The notes under the pieces: generated by a model
The model's input: only the letters and a program-made list of their open reading frames with translations
Told to the model about the DNA's origin: nothing
The model's database searches: none
Shown: piece after piece, positions 29,604 through 38,209 of the stretch
Numbering within the stretch: position 1 is the first letter of the stretch
Layout of the letters: each line of letters opens with the position of its first letter
Program-made: the position numbers and the translations under genes
UHGV virus genome: UHGV-0149956
DNA: 64,000 nt
Source of the DNA: a virus
Reading direction: 5' to 3' (one strand)

Positions 29604-29814
29604 TCGCTTACAGTCAATGTTTCTGTCGCGTATAGTCAACAATAAATCGCGTGCAGTCAACAATAAATCGTGCACAGTCAACATAAAATCGCGTATAGTC
29701 AATGTTGATCCCATTTCAGGCCAGTAATGACGCGGCTTACAGCGATCCGGGATCTTCTTTGGATCTTCCTAGGTTCTCTTTAGGATCTGTTTATTGGATC
29801 TATGCTGTGGATAA
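29604..29814. other. Plasmid origin region: iterons, GATC cluster and DnaA box (oriR/incC-like)
   Basis: Five iterons CGCGTATAGTCAA-like at 21-22 bp spacing (29604-29701), five GATC within 29744-29800, DnaA box TGTGGATAA at 29806-29814. Confidence 0.7.
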
Positions 29815-29857
29815 GTTGAATAAACCGGCCAACAAAGCCGGTTGGAAGGAAGTCATA

Positions 29858-30250
29858 TTATTCTACGCTTTCGATAAGAAGACCATGTTCATAACATTTA
29901 AGCTCATCGCCTTCATACAGGAATTGGTATCCAACACCACCATCTTCATGGACATTAGGGAATAACTCATAACTCACTGAAGAGCAAATCACACCAATGC
30001 AGCGATCAACTCCTTCTCGTTCTTCAGTGCTGAAAAAATCCTCTTCGGTAAGAACATGAGTACATTGCTCATCAGCATAGGTCGGAAATACATGCTCAAT
30101 GCAATCCGGGTGTTTTAAACCAAGCTGATCGGCAAGCTCGAAAGCACGACGGTATTGTTCAGATCCTGGCTTGCCAACAGTGATTTGCTCAATTTTGTAG
30201 ATTGAAGTCGCTTTGTTGATAGTTTGCTTTACTGTTACTTTATCAGACAT
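29858..30250 (-). CDS. Hypothetical acidic protein
   Basis: 130-aa ORF downstream of origin; hairpin 29824-29850 after its 3' end. Confidence 0.4.
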   Translation of the reverse strand: MSDKVTVKQTINKATSIYKIEQITVGKPGSEQYRRAFELADQLGLKHPDCIEHVFPTYADEQCTHVLTEEDFFSTEEREGVDRCIGVICSSVSYELFPNVHEDGGVGYQFLYEGDELKCYEHGLLIESVE

Positions 30251-30261
30251 AAAAATCCCTT

Positions 30262-30516
30262 TTAGTTACCGCTAATAGCTCGGTTGTAATCATTAACGTT
30301 GCGATTCTTCCTGTTAATCCCCATCAGCATCGTTTCTGTATCGAGGATATACGCTGGCAGATCATCAAAATATTCACTGCTAAACTCTGGCATCCTGCAC
30401 ATAAATGCACTTTTGGGGGCAGGGTGGTTAACCTTTGTCGGCGTCGGCGTTAAATTCGCTGATCGACTCCCGGAGCAACCGCTGAGTGTCAGCAGGAATA
30501 CGCTGGCGAACATTAC
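30262..30516 (-). CDS. Outer-membrane lipoprotein, o-spanin-like (Rz1-type), overlapping frame
   Basis: Lipobox LLTLSGC followed by Pro-rich TPTPTKVNHPAPKS; start inside the upstream gene in another frame. Confidence 0.45.
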   Translation of the reverse strand, partial: VMFASVFLLTLSGCSGSRSANLTPTPTKVNHPAPKSAFMCRMPEFSSEYFDDLPAYILDTETMLMGINRKNRNVNDYNRAISGN

Positions 30517-30850
30517 CCGCCGCAACCAGTTGTTTCTGAACTTCAGCTTTTCGTTCCATTTGCCTGTCAGCATACTTGGCTTGTTCTGATTCATTTTTCA
30601 CTTCCTGGCTGTGAAAATGTTGCTCTGCTTTGTTCATCGTCTCGATGGTCTGGTTAAGATCCATTATTGACTTATCACGTTCCTTAACAGCCTGATCAAG
30701 ACTGCCAATTTTCTCCATGGCTTGCTTTAGCTGATGACGTTCCCATGCAAACCCAGCACCAACAAGTGCGCAAATCAGAACAAGAACACCAGTAGCAGCA
30801 AGTTTCTCCTTCAAAGACAAAGCTGTTTTTAACGTAGAAAAGAATGACAT
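30428..30850 (-). CDS. Membrane-anchored coiled-coil protein, i-spanin-like (Rz-type)
   Basis: N-terminal TM helix GVLVLICALVGAGFAW then charged coiled-coil; 3' end overlaps the lipoprotein gene. Confidence 0.45.
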   Translation of the reverse strand: MSFFSTLKTALSLKEKLAATGVLVLICALVGAGFAWERHQLKQAMEKIGSLDQAVKERDKSIMDLNQTIETMNKAEQHFHSQEVKNESEQAKYADRQMERKAEVQKQLVAAGNVRQRIPADTQRLLRESISEFNADADKG

Positions 30851-30889
30851 GTCTTCCTCCTGAAGAAAAATTATCAATGAAGTCCTTTG

Positions 30890-31735
30890 TTACTGTGCCG
30901 CTTTGTTTAATTCATCAAGAACAGAATCAGGAACCAAAGCGGCGACTGCGCTGGATGTGCTGGTCTTATTTGCTGATGCTTCCGCAAGCGCGGTACCGAT
31001 AGCATGGTTATAAGCAGTTATGGCTACGTTGGCGCTTTCCTTCGCTCGTTCATACTGCTGTTGTAACGCAGTTGTGGGCGCTGTTGTCTGGTTGAAAACA
31101 ACCCCAAACTGTTCAGTTGCTACTTTCAGAGATTCAATTTGCTCTTCTGTTAGTGCTGGTGGGGGAGTGGCAGTGCCGCCGCCTGAACCAGAGCCTGACG
31201 AGCTTCCTGAGCCAGTGTTAAGGGTCTGGTTAATCTCCCCCATAGCAGCGACTAAACTTGATGTATTAAGCGCGTTAACAGCGTCCTCAAGCGATTTAGT
31301 AATATTCACATCACCAATGGCAATAGAGATCGGCAGTTCTGAAACTTCTCGCTCATTAGCACGGCAGTAAACATCCCAACCAATATCGAGTTGAAGCAGC
31401 ATTGACAGATCTGCATAACCAGCCAACAGGTCCGCGTGCTTAGTTGCCAGTTCTCCAATGTTCGTTAAGCCGGTTGTGGTTGTTCTGATCGTTGAAACAT
31501 AGCTGGTAATAGTGTCGGGATAGACAATTGTATCCAGAATTAATCCGGTCAATTCTTCTGCAAGCAGTTTTGCTGTGTTAGCACTGTTTCGTGCCGATGT
31601 TATGGCACCAGGTGTTTTCATCCCACCGGCGGCGGCCAATTTTTTATATGCGGATAACTGGTAGTCTTTTTCCAGCATGATATCTCCTAACTTACCTGAA
31701 CCAGGCCGTCTCCGGACGCTACGGTAGATCCGCAT
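30890..31735 (-). CDS. Hypothetical protein with Gly/Ser linker
   Basis: 281-aa ORF with SGSGSSSGSGSGGG tract; start possibly internal. Confidence 0.35.
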   Translation of the reverse strand: MRIYRSVRRRPGSGKLGDIMLEKDYQLSAYKKLAAAGGMKTPGAITSARNSANTAKLLAEELTGLILDTIVYPDTITSYVSTIRTTTTGLTNIGELATKHADLLAGYADLSMLLQLDIGWDVYCRANEREVSELPISIAIGDVNITKSLEDAVNALNTSSLVAAMGEINQTLNTGSGSSSGSGSGGGTATPPPALTEEQIESLKVATEQFGVVFNQTTAPTTALQQQYERAKESANVAITAYNHAIGTALAEASANKTSTSSAVAALVPDSVLDELNKAAQ

Positions 31736-31971
31736 GAAACAGGGTCACCAACGCATACGATCCCTTTACCATTGACGGTAAACCATGCCCTGGTTGATAT
31801 AGCTTGCCCACCGTGCGTACTGTTTCCATCGGTATGCTGTGCATATTGCTTACCATCAACTAACACTTCTACTCCGTTGACTTTAAGTAGTGGTTCACTC
31901 TCTACAGGAGGCCTGGATGGGAATCCTCCGTGCCCCGAACAAATGCTGTCTTTTGTTGCAATACTTGCCAC
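31687..31971 (-). CDS. PAAR-like domain protein
   Basis: 94 aa, Gly/His/Cys-rich with PAAR-like spacing (SGHGG, HGG, VCVGDPVSCGSTV). Confidence 0.45.
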   Translation of the reverse strand: MASIATKDSICSGHGGFPSRPPVESEPLLKVNGVEVLVDGKQYAQHTDGNSTHGGQAISTRAWFTVNGKGIVCVGDPVSCGSTVASGDGLVQVS

Positions 31972-32052
31972 GTCATCACCAATTATTTGCTCTGATTTTC
32001 GTTATTTTAACTCAGGTTGTTTGTGGTCTAAATGGAGTTCAATTATTGCAAA

Positions 32053-32069
32053 ATTGCTCTAATAAATAT
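32053..32069 (+). promoter_or_regulatory. C1-repressor-type operator 17-mer upstream of uhr-hrdC-dmt
   Basis: ATTGCTCTAATAAATAT. Confidence 0.65.
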
Positions 32070-32140
32070 TGTTTTTTATGTCGTATTTTCGGTACCATTC
32101 AGCCATCGCCCTTCAATGGGCATTTGTTTGGAGTCGTCAG

Positions 32141-32425
32141 ATGCAGATGGAGCTAATAAGCCGCAAAGAGTTCGATAGCCGTGTAACCAGCGGTGAACTC
32201 GACAACTTGCAGGCTATCAAGGTGAAAGAAGGCTTTTGCCTCATTGGGAATCAGAGCGGAACAAATCGCGTTTTTATGCTTCGCCGTACGGATTTGAAGC
32301 CATTTGTCTGGAAGAACGAAATTGGTCCCAGCTCATACGCTCAAACGAGGGGGTGCCACAACCTGGCCTTTTTCTACAAAGACGAGCTTTCTGTGGTTGA
32401 TATTCAAGGGTTACAACATGTTTAA
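32141..32425 (+). CDS. Small protein upstream of hrdC
   Basis: ORF whose stop overlaps the hrdC start; start chosen at MQMELISRK. Confidence 0.4.
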   Translation: MQMELISRKEFDSRVTSGELDNLQAIKVKEGFCLIGNQSGTNRVFMLRRTDLKPFVWKNEIGPSSYAQTRGCHNLAFFYKDELSVVDIQGLQHV

Positions 32426-33323
32426 GCACTGGAAAAACATTACTATTTATAAACTTTCTCGTGAGGCGGATCTGACCGACTTAGAAGATAAAAAGAAAAT
32501 GATCCTTTTCACGCCATGCGGTAGTCAGGATATGGCCAAGTTCGGTTTTGTATCTCCATTTGGTGATAATTCCGAAGTTATCGCTATGCATGGAAATGGT
32601 TTTATCCTTGTTGAAGCAAAGCGCGAAACAAAAATTCTTCCCCCGCCGGTTATCCAGCGAGCTATTCAAGAAAAAATTGAAAAACTTGAGCAAGAACAAG
32701 CGCGTAAACTGAAGAAAACAGAGAAGGACTCCCTGAAAGACGAAGTTCTGCATTCTCTTCTGCCACGGGCTTTTTCAAAGTTTTCTGTTATCCAGGCGAT
32801 CTACGACGGTTCAACTAAACGTATCTATATCAATGCCAGCGCGCGGCAGGCAGAGGATATGCTCGCGCTTATGCGTAAGTCTCTGGGTTCTCTTCCTGTT
32901 GTTCCCCTGAGTGTTGAAAATCCCATTGAATTAACGCTGACCGACTGGGTACGTGATGGTAGTGCTCCACAGGGATTTCAAATGGGGGATGCGGCAGAAC
33001 TTAAGGCAGTGCTTGAGGATGGCGGTATTGCCCGGGTGAAAAAGCAGGATTTGGGAAGCGATGAAATTTCCACACACCTGGAAGCTGGCAAGCTCGTCAC
33101 TAAGTTGGCACTCGACTGGCAGAACCGCATTAAATTTACACTGGACCATAACTTCAGCCTTACCAGCGTCAAATTTGCGGATGAATTGCTTGAGCAGAAC
33201 TCTGATATTGATAGTGAAGATGTTGCGCAGCGACTGGACGCAGATTTCTTCCTGTTGACCAGTGAAATTTCGTGCCTGGTTGATGCTCTGGTAAATGCCC
33301 TTGGTGGAGAGGCTAAGCAGTGA
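32418..33323 (+). CDS. hrdC: Recombination-associated protein RdgC homolog
   Basis: [52 protein letters not shown] closely follow E. coli RdgC as recalled; SD AAGGG. Confidence 0.85.
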   Translation: MFKHWKNITIYKLSREADLTDLEDKKKMILFTPCGSQDMAKFGFVSPFGDNSEVIAMHGNGFILVEAKRETKILPPPVIQRAIQEKIEKLEQEQARKLKKTEKDSLKDEVLHSLLPRAFSKFSVIQAIYDGSTKRIYINASARQAEDMLALMRKSLGSLPVVPLSVENPIELTLTDWVRDGSAPQGFQMGDAAELKAVLEDGGIARVKKQDLGSDEISTHLEAGKLVTKLALDWQNRIKFTLDHNFSLTSVKFADELLEQNSDIDSEDVAQRLDADFFLLTSEISCLVDALVNALGGEAKQ

Positions 33324-35584
33324 AAGAGCTGTGCTATGGATCTGTTTGCAGTGGAATTGAAGCCGCGAGTATTGCCTGGGAACCGTTGGGTATGCGTCCG
33401 GTGTGGTTTGCTGAAATCGAGTCTTTTCCATCTGCCGTTCTTGCGCACCGCTGGCCCCATGTCGCCAACCTTGGCGACATGACAAAACTTGCCAAAAAAG
33501 TCCTGGCTGGGGAAATCGAATCCCCTGATGTGCTCGTCGGGGGAACACCTTGTCAGGCATTCAGTATCGCGGGATTACGTGGTGGGCTTGATGATGAGCG
33601 TGGCGCGCTAACTTTAAAGTATGTGGAGCTTGCAAATGCAATTGACGACAAACGGGCTGAGTCATTTCTCAAACCAGCCGTTATCGTCTGGGAAAATGTC
33701 CCAGGAGTCTTGTCTTCGGCAGATAACGCCTTCGGATGTTTCCTTGCCGGATTGGCTGGAGAAGATGTGCCATTTGAACCAGGTGATCGACCTGAATCAG
33801 GAAAAAGCAACGCGTTCTGGCGGTGGGATGGCAAAACCGGTTGCCATGTTCCAAAGTGGCCGCAGTGTGGTTGTATTTATGGACCGCAGCGAAAGGTGGC
33901 CTGGAGAATCCTTGATGCCCAATACTTCGGAGTGGCACAACGACGCCGACGCGTGTTTGTTGTCGCAAGTGCTCGAACAGACCTCGATCCCGCAACGGTA
34001 CTTTTTGAGTTCGAAGGCGTGCGCCGGAATATTGCGCCGAGCCGAAAAAAGAAGGAAATCGCTTCCGCCATTACTGCAAATGGCGCTGCAATCAGTGGCG
34101 AAAGCCTAAATCCATGCCTACACGCTGGCATGTCCCCCGGTATGAAATCGACGAAAGCCGTAAACGGTTTCAGGATGGCGGCATTTGGGGAATATATTGA
34201 CGATGAAACCGCATCGACAGTAAAGGCAAGAGACTTTAAAGATGCCACTGACCTTGCCGTTTTTAGCAGCACTGGAGCAGGTTTTTGGTCAGAAGGGCAT
34301 GGTACATTGCGGGCGCGTGAGCAAGAAAGCCATGAGCATCTTGTTACATTGGCTTTTCCTGAGCGTATGAGTGGTACACAACATGCAGCAACTAAGAATA
34401 CTTCACCATCTCTAATGGCTCAAAATCCAACTGCTGTTTGCTATGAAGTAAGAAACGAAGAAGTAGCTGTCCGCCGTCTTACCCCTGTCGAATGTGAGAG
34501 ACTTCAAGGTTTTCCTGATGGGCATACGTTGATCCCTACGGAAAAGCGTAAAAAAGTTAATTCAGATGAACTGGCATATCTGCACAATCACTATCCAGAT
34601 TTAAGCGAAGAAGAGGCCGCGATGCTTGCAGCTGACGGACCGCGTTACAAAGCGATCGGCAATAGTATGGCAATACCAGTAATGCGCTGGATTGGCGATC
34701 GGATTACTAAGGCCGTATGTCGGCAGAAAGAAGGAAGTGAAACAAAAGAGCGAAAAGTTAAACCAGCGGCAGAATTCGAACGGTCCATATTCAAATGGGC
34801 TGGTGGAAAATTTGGTGTTCTGGAACAAATCTTTCGCTATTTGCCAGAAGGGAAGCGCCTGATCGAACCTTTTGTCGGTGGCGGAGCTGTCTTCACGAAT
34901 GCCGGATACCAGGAAAATCTGCTAAATGATGTGAATGCTGACCTGATTAACTTTTACAAGACTCTGCAACGCGAGGCGCATTCACTTATCACACTGGCGC
35001 ATCGGTTTTTCCAGGACTACAACACACAGGAAGGATACCTGGCAGTACGGAATGCGTTTAACAAACAAGTCTATGATGATTTACATCGCGCAGCGGCGTT
35101 TTTGTTCCTGAACCGACATTGTTTTAACGGATTGACGCGTTACAACCAGGCCGGTGAGTTCAATGTCGGTTATGGGAAGTATAAAACTCCGTATTTCCCA
35201 TTACAGGAGATGGAAGCCTTCCTCGGTGCGGAAGGGCGTTCTGAGTTTGTATGTGGTGATTTTGCTGCGGTAATTGAAGCTGCCGGAGAAGGAGATGTCA
35301 TTTTTTGCGATCCGCCATATGAACCGCTTCCAAATACAGAGGGATTCACGAACTATTCCGGTCATGACTTTAAGTTTGAAGAGCAAAAACGCCTGGTGTC
35401 TCTGTTGACGGATGCTCATCGTCGAGGTGCAAAGGTTCTCATTACTAACAGTGGCGCGCCAAACATCAGAGAGCTTTATCATGACAGTGGCTTCAGAGTG
35501 GAACCTCTTTTTGCCAGACGTTCTGTGTCTTGTAAGGGGGACACTCGAGGTGTAGCTCATGACGTTTTGGGTATATTGCTCTAA
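33320..35584 (+). CDS. dmt: Fused DNA methyltransferase: N-terminal C5-cytosine MTase plus C-terminal Dam-like N6-adenine MTase
   Basis: 754 aa; C5 motifs [11 protein letters not shown] and VWENVPG; Dam motifs FKWAGGK and CDPPYEP. Confidence 0.85.
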   Translation: MKELCYGSVCSGIEAASIAWEPLGMRPVWFAEIESFPSAVLAHRWPHVANLGDMTKLAKKVLAGEIESPDVLVGGTPCQAFSIAGLRGGLDDERGALTLKYVELANAIDDKRAESFLKPAVIVWENVPGVLSSADNAFGCFLAGLAGEDVPFEPGDRPESGKSNAFWRWDGKTGCHVPKWPQCGCIYGPQRKVAWRILDAQYFGVAQRRRRVFVVASARTDLDPATVLFEFEGVRRNIAPSRKKKEIASAITANGAAISGESLNPCLHAGMSPGMKSTKAVNGFRMAAFGEYIDDETASTVKARDFKDATDLAVFSSTGAGFWSEGHGTLRAREQESHEHLVTLAFPERMSGTQHAATKNTSPSLMAQNPTAVCYEVRNEEVAVRRLTPVECERLQGFPDGHTLIPTEKRKKVNSDELAYLHNHYPDLSEEEAAMLAADGPRYKAIGNSMAIPVMRWIGDRITKAVCRQKEGSETKERKVKPAAEFERSIFKWAGGKFGVLEQIFRYLPEGKRLIEPFVGGGAVFTNAGYQENLLNDVNADLINFYKTLQREAHSLITLAHRFFQDYNTQEGYLAVRNAFNKQVYDDLHRAAAFLFLNRHCFNGLTRYNQAGEFNVGYGKYKTPYFPLQEMEAFLGAEGRSEFVCGDFAAVIEAAGEGDVIFCDPPYEPLPNTEGFTNYSGHDFKFEEQKRLVSLLTDAHRRGAKVLITNSGAPNIRELYHDSGFRVEPLFARRSVSCKGDTRGVAHDVLGILL

Positions 35585-35591
35585 TAAATTT
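35575..35591 (+). promoter_or_regulatory. C1-repressor-type operator 17-mer
   Basis: ATTGCTCTAATAAATTT, perfect match to recalled consensus; overlaps dmt stop. Confidence 0.7.
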
Positions 35592-35765
35592 ATTAGTGTA
35601 ATATCGCCTCAATGAATCGTGATTTATAGAGCGATTTAGCTGTTAGCCGCGACAGGCGCGGCGGTAAGCATGGCTGGGCCTAGTCCTCCCAGACAAACCA
35701 CCGAGTTGCCAGGTTGACCATGCGCCTAAGTGGCAACGCCGAAGTGCGTTACGAGCTTCCAGTTT

Positions 35766-35790
35766 GCCCATCTTCGGGTGGGCTTTTTTA
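35766..35790 (+). terminator. Rho-independent terminator
   Basis: GCCCATCTTCGGGTGGGC hairpin followed by TTTTTTA. Confidence 0.6.
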
Positions 35791-36253
35791 GGGTTTTCGT
35801 CATGGTTAGCGACTTTGCGGCGGTTTAGAACCCGACCATTAAAGTAAATGCAAACGATGATCTGATGATGGTAGCGGCCTAAGAAGCCAGACGCCACGGG
35901 GTATGAGTCGTCCCCCGTCAAAAAATCGACCGCAGAGTGTCCCCGTCTGTGTATTAGGGAACGGGGAGGCACAACAGGTAAGGGCGCTGGTGTGATTAAC
36001 CAGATGAACGAGAAGGGGCCATCTGTTGGTCAGCGTCCTTTCCTGTTGCGTCTTCTTTTCAGCGTAACAGCGGTGCTTAACAGCACTTTGGGTACAGTTC
36101 CACGAATTTACGGGTATATCCCGTCATGCTGAAGGCGCTAATCACGCTGGAAGCCAGGGTTGTGCATCCCCTGTTACCGAATTGCAGCCAGGGCGCGGTG
36201 CGCCGAAAAGCATACGGAGGTGGAAGCCCTCGCCGGAGACGTACCCGGCAAGT

Positions 36254-36329
36254 GATGGTGTAGCTCAGCGGTTAGAGCGGTTGACTGTTAATCAACGGGT
36301 CGATGGTTCAAATCCATCCACCATCGCCA
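36254..36329 (+). tRNA. tRNA-Asn (anticodon GTT)
   Basis: Cloverleaf built by hand: acceptor GATGGTG/CACCATC, D-stem GCTC/GAGC, anticodon loop CTGTTAA, T-arm GATGG-TTCAAAT-CCATC, 3' GCCA. Confidence 0.85.
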
Positions 36330-36331
36330 AT

Positions 36332-36407
36332 GCCGGTTTAGCTCAGTTGGTAGAGCGCCTGCCTTGTAAGCAGGATGTCAGCGGTTCGAGTCCGTTAATC
36401 GGCACCA
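36332..36407 (+). tRNA. tRNA-Thr (anticodon TGT)
   Basis: Acceptor GCCGGTT/AATCGGC, anticodon stem CCTGC/GCAGG with loop CTTGTAA, T-loop TTCGAGT, 3' ACCA. Confidence 0.85.
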
Positions 36408-36420
36408 GCACAACAGGTAA

Positions 36421-36484
36421 GGGTATTTTGCGACGTCGGAGATCGCCGAGCTTGGCAGAGGGTTCGAATCCCTACGAAGTACCC
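36421..36484 (+). ncRNA. Truncated tRNA-like element (acceptor, D-like and T arms, no anticodon arm) within an extended helix
   Basis: GGGTATT...AGTACCC acceptor pairing, GCGA/TCGC stem, canonical T-loop TTCGAAT; flanking CAACAGGTAAGGG / CCCTTACCGTTG extend the helix. Confidence 0.3.
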
Positions 36485-37097
36485 TTACCGTTGTGATGAA
36501 GTGCAGCTCTTTGAAGCAACCAGAAGATAAGCATCTGGCTTCACAACATAAACCGCAGGAACGACCAATAAACGGTAGTCCGTATGGAGAACACCCCGTT
36601 GAGGAAGAGGCCTGGCCGGAACCGTAACCGGCACTACAACGTTGAGAACACTGGCGTAACGGGGTCATATCCCAATCTACGAATAAATGTTGCGTTGCAG
36701 CGTGACAACCAGTGTTCTCAACATTGTGGTGAATGCACAGGCTGATGTGCCGCAACTACAGTAGTGCGCGCTTTGCGGGGCTTGCTACAACCCTGTGTCG
36801 GAGTTCAGCACCGACCATCACAGTTCGATTCTCTGGCATGAGCATAACGCTGAAATAAGTCCAGTCTGGTGCGGCCCGATCACCCGCCGTTAGCTCCACG
36901 AAACGGAGCACGTAACAGGTAAGAGCATTCTCCTGTAACGGGTTCATATCCCAATCTACAGGTCCACCAGGAATGCTCTTTCCGTTGCGGTGAATGCGGC
37001 TAAGCGCACGCGGAACAGTTAAAACAATCCTCCTTAATGGTTAAACATTCCGGCGTTAATTGTTAACTGGTTAACGTCACCGGGAGGCACTCGGCAC

Positions 37098-37114
37098 CGC
37101 AATCTAATAAATAT
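37098..37114 (+). promoter_or_regulatory. Degenerate C1-operator-like site upstream of the TerB-ban operon
   Basis: CGCAATCTAATAAATAT, 11/17 to recalled consensus with conserved CTAATAAAT core. Confidence 0.3.
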
Positions 37115-37138
37115 GTCACTTTTATTGAGGGATAACCA

Positions 37139-37573
37139 ATGTTCGGTAAATTGTTCGGCAAGAAAGTCGCTTCTGCAAAAGTAGAGCTGAAAAAAGTTGA
37201 GAATCGCGATCTGATGGAGGCCATCATCGGTGGCTGTTTGTTGGTGTCTGCCGCTGATGGTGAAATCGAAAAAGAAGAAACAGCGAAACTTGATCAGCTT
37301 GTCCGCTCTAATCCGCGTCTTAGTCATTTTGGTAACGAAATTACTGCAACAATTACCCGCTTTACCGAGCAACTGGAAGCTGGCTTCCGTGTTGGTCGCA
37401 TGAATATCCTTCGCGAAATTGAAGATATCAAAAACGATCCAAAAGAAGCGGAAGAAGTATTCGTTAACATGCTGACAATTGCAGAAGCGGACGGTGAAAT
37501 CGAGCCAGCAGAACACAAAGTACTGGAAGAAGTAGGCCGTCGTTTGGGTCTTCGTGTGGAAGATTATCTGTAA
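37139..37573 (+). CDS. TerB-like (tellurite-resistance family) protein
   Basis: 144 aa with duplicated ADGEIE-x-EE motif characteristic of TerB. Confidence 0.6.
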   Translation: MFGKLFGKKVASAKVELKKVENRDLMEAIIGGCLLVSAADGEIEKEETAKLDQLVRSNPRLSHFGNEITATITRFTEQLEAGFRVGRMNILREIEDIKNDPKEAEEVFVNMLTIAEADGEIEPAEHKVLEEVGRRLGLRVEDYL

Positions 37574-37737
37574 TGGCAAGCAAGGCACGTATCGCAATCG
37601 CCATTGGTTTTCTCTTGCTGTCCGTGCTGGTGGATTTCACCAGCACAATCCTGTCAGTTTTATCGGACGGGGCGTTGGTGGCAGTAGCTGTAACATTGGT
37701 ATGGCCGATATTAAAAACAGCTTCTAAGGATCAGTGA
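37573..37737 (+). CDS. Small hydrophobic membrane peptide (54 aa)
   Basis: MASKARIAIAIGFLLLSVLVDF...; start overlaps TerB stop (TAATG); not in ORF track because shorter than 60 aa. Confidence 0.45.
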   Translation: MASKARIAIAIGFLLLSVLVDFTSTILSVLSDGALVAVAVTLVWPILKTASKDQ

Positions 37738-37844
37738 TGGGCTTCTGGGATTTTGCTGACAAGCATCCAATTGTTCTCGTTGTCATTGCTGGCATAGTTG
37801 TAGGCGGTATTGCTGGCGTCATAGAAGCACTCAGGAAACAGTAA
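37737..37844 (+). CDS. Small hydrophobic membrane peptide (35 aa)
   Basis: MGFWDFADKHPIVLVVIAGIVVGGIAGVIEALRKQ; TGATG overlap with preceding ORF. Confidence 0.4.
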   Translation: MGFWDFADKHPIVLVVIAGIVVGGIAGVIEALRKQ

Positions 37845-37847
37845 TCC

Positions 37848-37923
37848 GGCCCTTTAGCTCAGTGGTTAGAGCTGGCGACTCATAATCGCACGGTCACCGG
37901 TTCAAGTCCGGTAGGGGCCACCA
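37848..37923 (+). tRNA. tRNA-Ile2-like (anticodon CAT; could be read as Met)
   Basis: Close to E. coli ileX as recalled: GGCCCTT acceptor, anticodon loop CTCATAA, T-arm ACCGG-TTCAAGT-CCGGT, 3' ACCA. Confidence 0.8.
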
Positions 37924-38209
37924 TATTTGGTTGTAACACGGCGTCTGGCACATGCGTCGTTAGCGGTCTGGTGACGTTAAAAGGGGGGAACCTTGCCCCT
38001 AGCTCAGGCAACGAACCAGGTAGCCGGAATGTGCAAGCCACCGTTTGTTGTTTCTCGGGTAAAGGGATTCACCATCCTGGCGATTCGGTGTGACAGCCGG
38101 GAAGAGTCCGGCGCATTAATCCTGATTTTCTGGTGATGACTCATATCGTTAGGAGTGATTTGAGTATGCCGATTATATCTGACATTCAGCACGCCTGGGT
38201 GGAGTGCTA

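Noticed and set aside
30262-30594. Full 110-aa version of the lipoprotein ORF
   Set aside because: The first ~26 residues precede the signal peptide; a shorter gene starting near 30516 gives a proper lipoprotein signal, so the long form is probably an over-extension
35643-35972. 109-aa minus-strand ORF between dmt and the tRNA genes
   Set aside because: Overlaps a plus-strand terminator hairpin and structured region; no start context
36421-36484. Possible third canonical tRNA after tRNA-Thr
   Set aside because: Lacks an anticodon arm and 3' CCA-compatible end, so it is not a functional canonical tRNA; kept as a tRNA-like element in the findings
36182-36496. 104-aa plus-strand ORF
   Set aside because: It spans two hand-folded canonical tRNA genes; the ORF is a by-product of the tRNA sequences
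36378-36947. Minus-strand ORFs 36378-36755 (Cys-rich) and 36756-36947
   Set aside because: No ribosome-binding sites, odd composition, and they lie in a region better explained as structured RNA; retained only as a caveat
37034-37646. Minus-strand ORFs antisense to the TerB-like gene
   Set aside because: TerB-like gene on the plus strand has clear family motifs and coupling to downstream genes; the antisense frames are shadows
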